Assembly (NCBI GenBank): GCA_026770705.1
Contig: JANJGN010000016.1
Span: forward strand, 87,048,001-87,112,000
From: Isurus oxyrinchus
Lineage: Eukaryota
Direction of reading: 5' to 3'
Length of the DNA: 64,000 bases
Shown: positions 60,753 to 64,000 of the stretch, one piece after another
Numbering within the stretch: the first letter of the stretch is position 1
How the letters are laid out: every line of letters begins with the position of its first letter
The notes under the pieces: model-generated
What the model was told of the DNA's origin: nothing
What the model saw: the letters and a program-made list of their open reading frames with translations, nothing else
Databases searched by the model: none
Position numbers and translations under genes: made by a program

Positions 60753-63700
60753 TGGTAGAGTGTCAGGGAAGTGGGTGAAGGGTTAGAGTGTCTCAATAAG
60801 TAGTTGAGGGGTTAGGGCAGAATGAATGTGGGTGAGGGAGTAGAGTGTCAAGTAAGTGGTTGAGGGGTTAAGTGTCAGGCAATTGGGTGAGTGGGTAGAT
60901 TGTCAGGTGGGTGGTTGAGTCGTAGAGTGTCAGGTAGGTGGGTGAGGGCGTAGGGCAACAGGAAAATGGGTGAGGGGGTAGAGTGTCAGGCAAGTGGGTG
61001 AGGGGATAGAGTGTTAGGTAAGTGGGTGTGGCAATAGGGTGGCAGGCAAGTGGGTAAGGGGGTAGGGTGTCAGATAAGTGAGTGAGGGGCACGGTGTCAG
61101 GTAAGTGCATGAGGGGGTTGGGGGGCAGGCAAATGGGTGAGGGGGTAACTTGGCAGGCAAATGAGTTAGGGGGTAGTGTGGCAGTTAAGTGGGTGAGGGG
61201 GTAGAGTGGCAGGCATGTGGGTGAGGGGGTAGAGTGTCAGGAAAGTTGGTGAGGGTGTAGGGTGTCAAGCAAATGGTTGATGGGGTAGTGTGTCAGGTAA
61301 GTGTGTGAGGGGGTTGGGTGTCAGGTAAGTGGGTGAGGGGGTAGAGTGTCAGTTAATTGGGTGAGTGGGTAGAGTGTCAGTTAAATGAGTCAGGATAGGG
61401 GGTAGTGTGTCAGGTAAGTGGTTGAGAGGGTAGGGTGTCAGGGAAGTGGGTGAGGGGATAGAGTGTCAGTTAAATGGGTCAGGATAGCGGGTAGTGTGTC
61501 AGGGAAGTTCTTGAGGGGGTACGGTGTCAGGGAAGTGGGTGAGGGGATAGAGTGTTAAGGATGTGTGTGAAGGAGTAGATTGTCTGGCAAGTGGTTGAGG
61601 GGGTAGGGGGGCAGCCAGGTGGGTGAGGGGGTAGAGTGTCAGGAAAGTGGGTGAGGGGGTAGAGTGTCAGGTAAGTGTGCGAGGGGGTAGAATGTCAGTC
61701 AAGTGGGTGTGGGTCTAAAGTGTCAGGTAGGTGGGTGAGGGGGTAGAGTGTCAGGAGAGTGGGTGAGGGTGTAGAGTGGGTGGCAAGTGGTTGAGAGGGT
61801 AGTTTGTCAGGCAAATGGTTGATGAGGTAGTGTGTCAGGTGGGTGGAGTGGAGGGTGTCAGGTTAGTGTATGAGGGGATAGAGTGTCAGGTAAGTGGGTG
61901 AGGGGGTTGAGTGTCAGGTCAGTGGGTGAGGGGGATAGGCCAGCAGGCAAATGTGTGAGGGGGTAGGGTGGCAGGCAAGTGGGTGAGGAGGTATGGTAGC
62001 AGGTATGTGGGTGAGGAGGTAGTGTGGCATGCATGTGGGTAAGGGGGTAGAGTGTCAGTCAAGTGTGCAAGGAGATAGAGTGGCGGGTATGTGGGTGAGG
62101 GGACTTTTGTGGCAGGCAAGTGGGTGAGGGGATAAGGTGCCAGGAAAGTGGGTGAGGGGGTAGGTTGTCTGTTAAGTGAGTGATGTGTTAGCGTGTCAAG
62201 TAAGTGGTTGAGGTGGTAGAGATTCAGCTAAGAGGATGAAAGGATAGAAGAGTATCAGGTAAGTGGGCGAGGGTGTAGGGCATCATGTAAGTGGGCGAGG
62301 GTGTAGGGTGTCAGGTAAGTGGGTGAGGAGGCATGGTGGCAGGTAAGGTGACGATGGGGTAGGGCGGTAGGCAAGTGGGCGTAGGGGTCGAGTGTCAGGC
62401 AAGTGGGCGAGGGGATAGAGTGTCAGGCAATTGGGTGAGGGGGTAGAGTGTCAAGTAGATGGGTGAGGGTCTAGGATGGCAGGCAAGTGGGTGAAGGAGT
62501 AGGGTGTCAGGCAAGTGGGTGAGGGATAGAGTGTCAGGTAAATGCATCAGCGTTAGAGTGGCAGGCAAGTTGGTGAGCAGGTGGGGTGGCAGGCAAGTGG
62601 GTGAGGGGGTAGATTTTCAGGAACGAAGGTGAGGGTGTACTGTGTCAGATATGTGGGTGAGGTGGTAGGGTGTCAGTCAAGTGGGTAAGGGGATAGAGTG
62701 GCGGTTAAGTGGGTGATGGGGTAGAGTGCCATGTAAGTGGGTGAGGGGTTTGGGTTGCAGGTAATTGGGTGAGGGGGTATGGGAGCAGGTAATTTGGCCA
62801 GGGGGTAGTGTGGCAGGCAAGTGGATGAATATGTAGAGTATCAGGCAAGTGGGTGAGGGGTAGAGCGTCAGGTAAATGGTTCAGGGGGTAGAATGTCAGG
62901 GAAGTTGGCCAGGGGTTAGGGTGGCATGTAAGTTGGTGATTGGGTAGAGTGTCAGGCAAGTGGGTGAGGGGGCAGAGTGGCAGTTATGTTGGTGAGGGTG
63001 TAGACGTCAAATAAATTTGTGAGAAGCAGCATGTAAAGCAAGTGGACAAGGGGTTAGATTGTCAGGTAAGTGGTTGAGGTGGTAGAGTGTCAGCTAAGAG
63101 AATGAGGGTGTAGAGTATCAGGTACATGGGTGAGGGGGTAGAGTGTCAGGCAATTGGGCGAGGGGGTAAATTGTCAGATAAGTGGGTGAGGGTGTAGAGT
63201 GTCAGGTAGGTGGGTGATGGGTAGGGTGGCAGGCCGTTGGGGGAGGGGGTAGAATGTCAGGCAAGTGGATGAGGCAGTAGGGGACAGGAAAGTGGGTGAG
63301 GGGGTTGGGTGGCAGGCAAGTGGATTGGGGGCATAGGGTGGCAGGCAAGTGGCAGAGGGGTAGAGTGTCAGGAAATTGTGTTAGGTTGTACGGTGGCTGG
63401 CAAGTGGTTGAGGGGGTAGGGTGGCACCCAAGTGGGTGAGGCTGTCATGTATCAGGTAAATGTGTGAGGGGGCATGTTGGCAAGTCTGTTGGTGATGGGG
63501 TCGGGTGGCACGCAATTAGGTGAATGGATAGAGTGTTAGGCAAGTGGGCGAGGGGTTAGAGTAGCAGGTAAGTTGGTGAGGGGCTAGATGTCAAGCAAGT
63601 GTAAGAAGTAGGGTATCAGGCACGTGGGCGAGGGGGTAGATATTCAGGTAAGTGGGCGAGGGGGTAGATATTCAGGTAAGTGGGTGAGGGGGTAGAGTGT

Positions 63701-64000
63701 CTCTATAAGTAGGCAAGGTGTTAGGGCAGCATGAATGTGAGTGAGGGGCTAGAGTATTAAGTCAGTGGGTGAGGGGGTTGAGTGTCAGGTAAGTGGGTGA
63801 GGGGGTAGAGTGTCAGGTAAGTGGGTGAGGGGGTAGAGTGTCAGGTTGGTGGGTGAGGGTGTAGATTGTCAGGTAAATGGGTGAGGGGATAGACTGTCAG
63901 GTTGGTGGGTGAGGGGTAGGGTGGCAGGCCATTTTGTTGGGGGGTAGAATGTCAGGCAAGTGGATGAGGCAGTAGGGTAGCAGGAAAGTGGGTGAGAAGG
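60753..64000 (+). repeat. 28-bp G-rich tandem array, right part (runs off the window)
   Basis: The same unit continues to the window end, e.g. 63781-63845. Confidence 0.95.

Overview
Vertebrate genomic DNA, almost certainly from a cartilaginous fish (shark). This is inferred from the Ig light-chain sequence and the repeat families. The only credible host gene segment is an immunoglobulin light-chain constant exon (kappa/type III/NS4-like; 292-620, + strand) with its splice acceptor, 3' UTR and poly(A) signals. About 90% of the window is tandem repeat: (i) a ~49-kb degenerate ~24-bp G-rich array (core GGGTGATGCCGGG; ~2408-51375) starting ~1.1 kb after the distal poly(A) signal, (ii) a very homogeneous 45-bp minisatellite (~51632-53850), and (iii) a 28-bp G-rich array (~55757-64000+) whose consensus unit carries a perfect 5' splice-site consensus, CAG|GTAAGT. 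Interspersed are decayed CR1-type LINE fragments (APE, RT, ORF1 esterase), a LINE 3' end, a Harbinger-type Myb/SANT gene fragment with an intron, and three 5'-truncated Penelope-like elements. Each Penelope-like copy carries a minimal type I hammerhead ribozyme motif. The many long Pro/His/Thr- or Gly/Val/Trp-rich ORFs are translation artefacts of the satellites. The most intriguing observations are both speculative: a switch-region-like, G-skewed array rich in AID hotspots downstream of an Ig gene, and a U1-site array on the same strand. No database search or computation was run; family assignments rest on recognised motifs.
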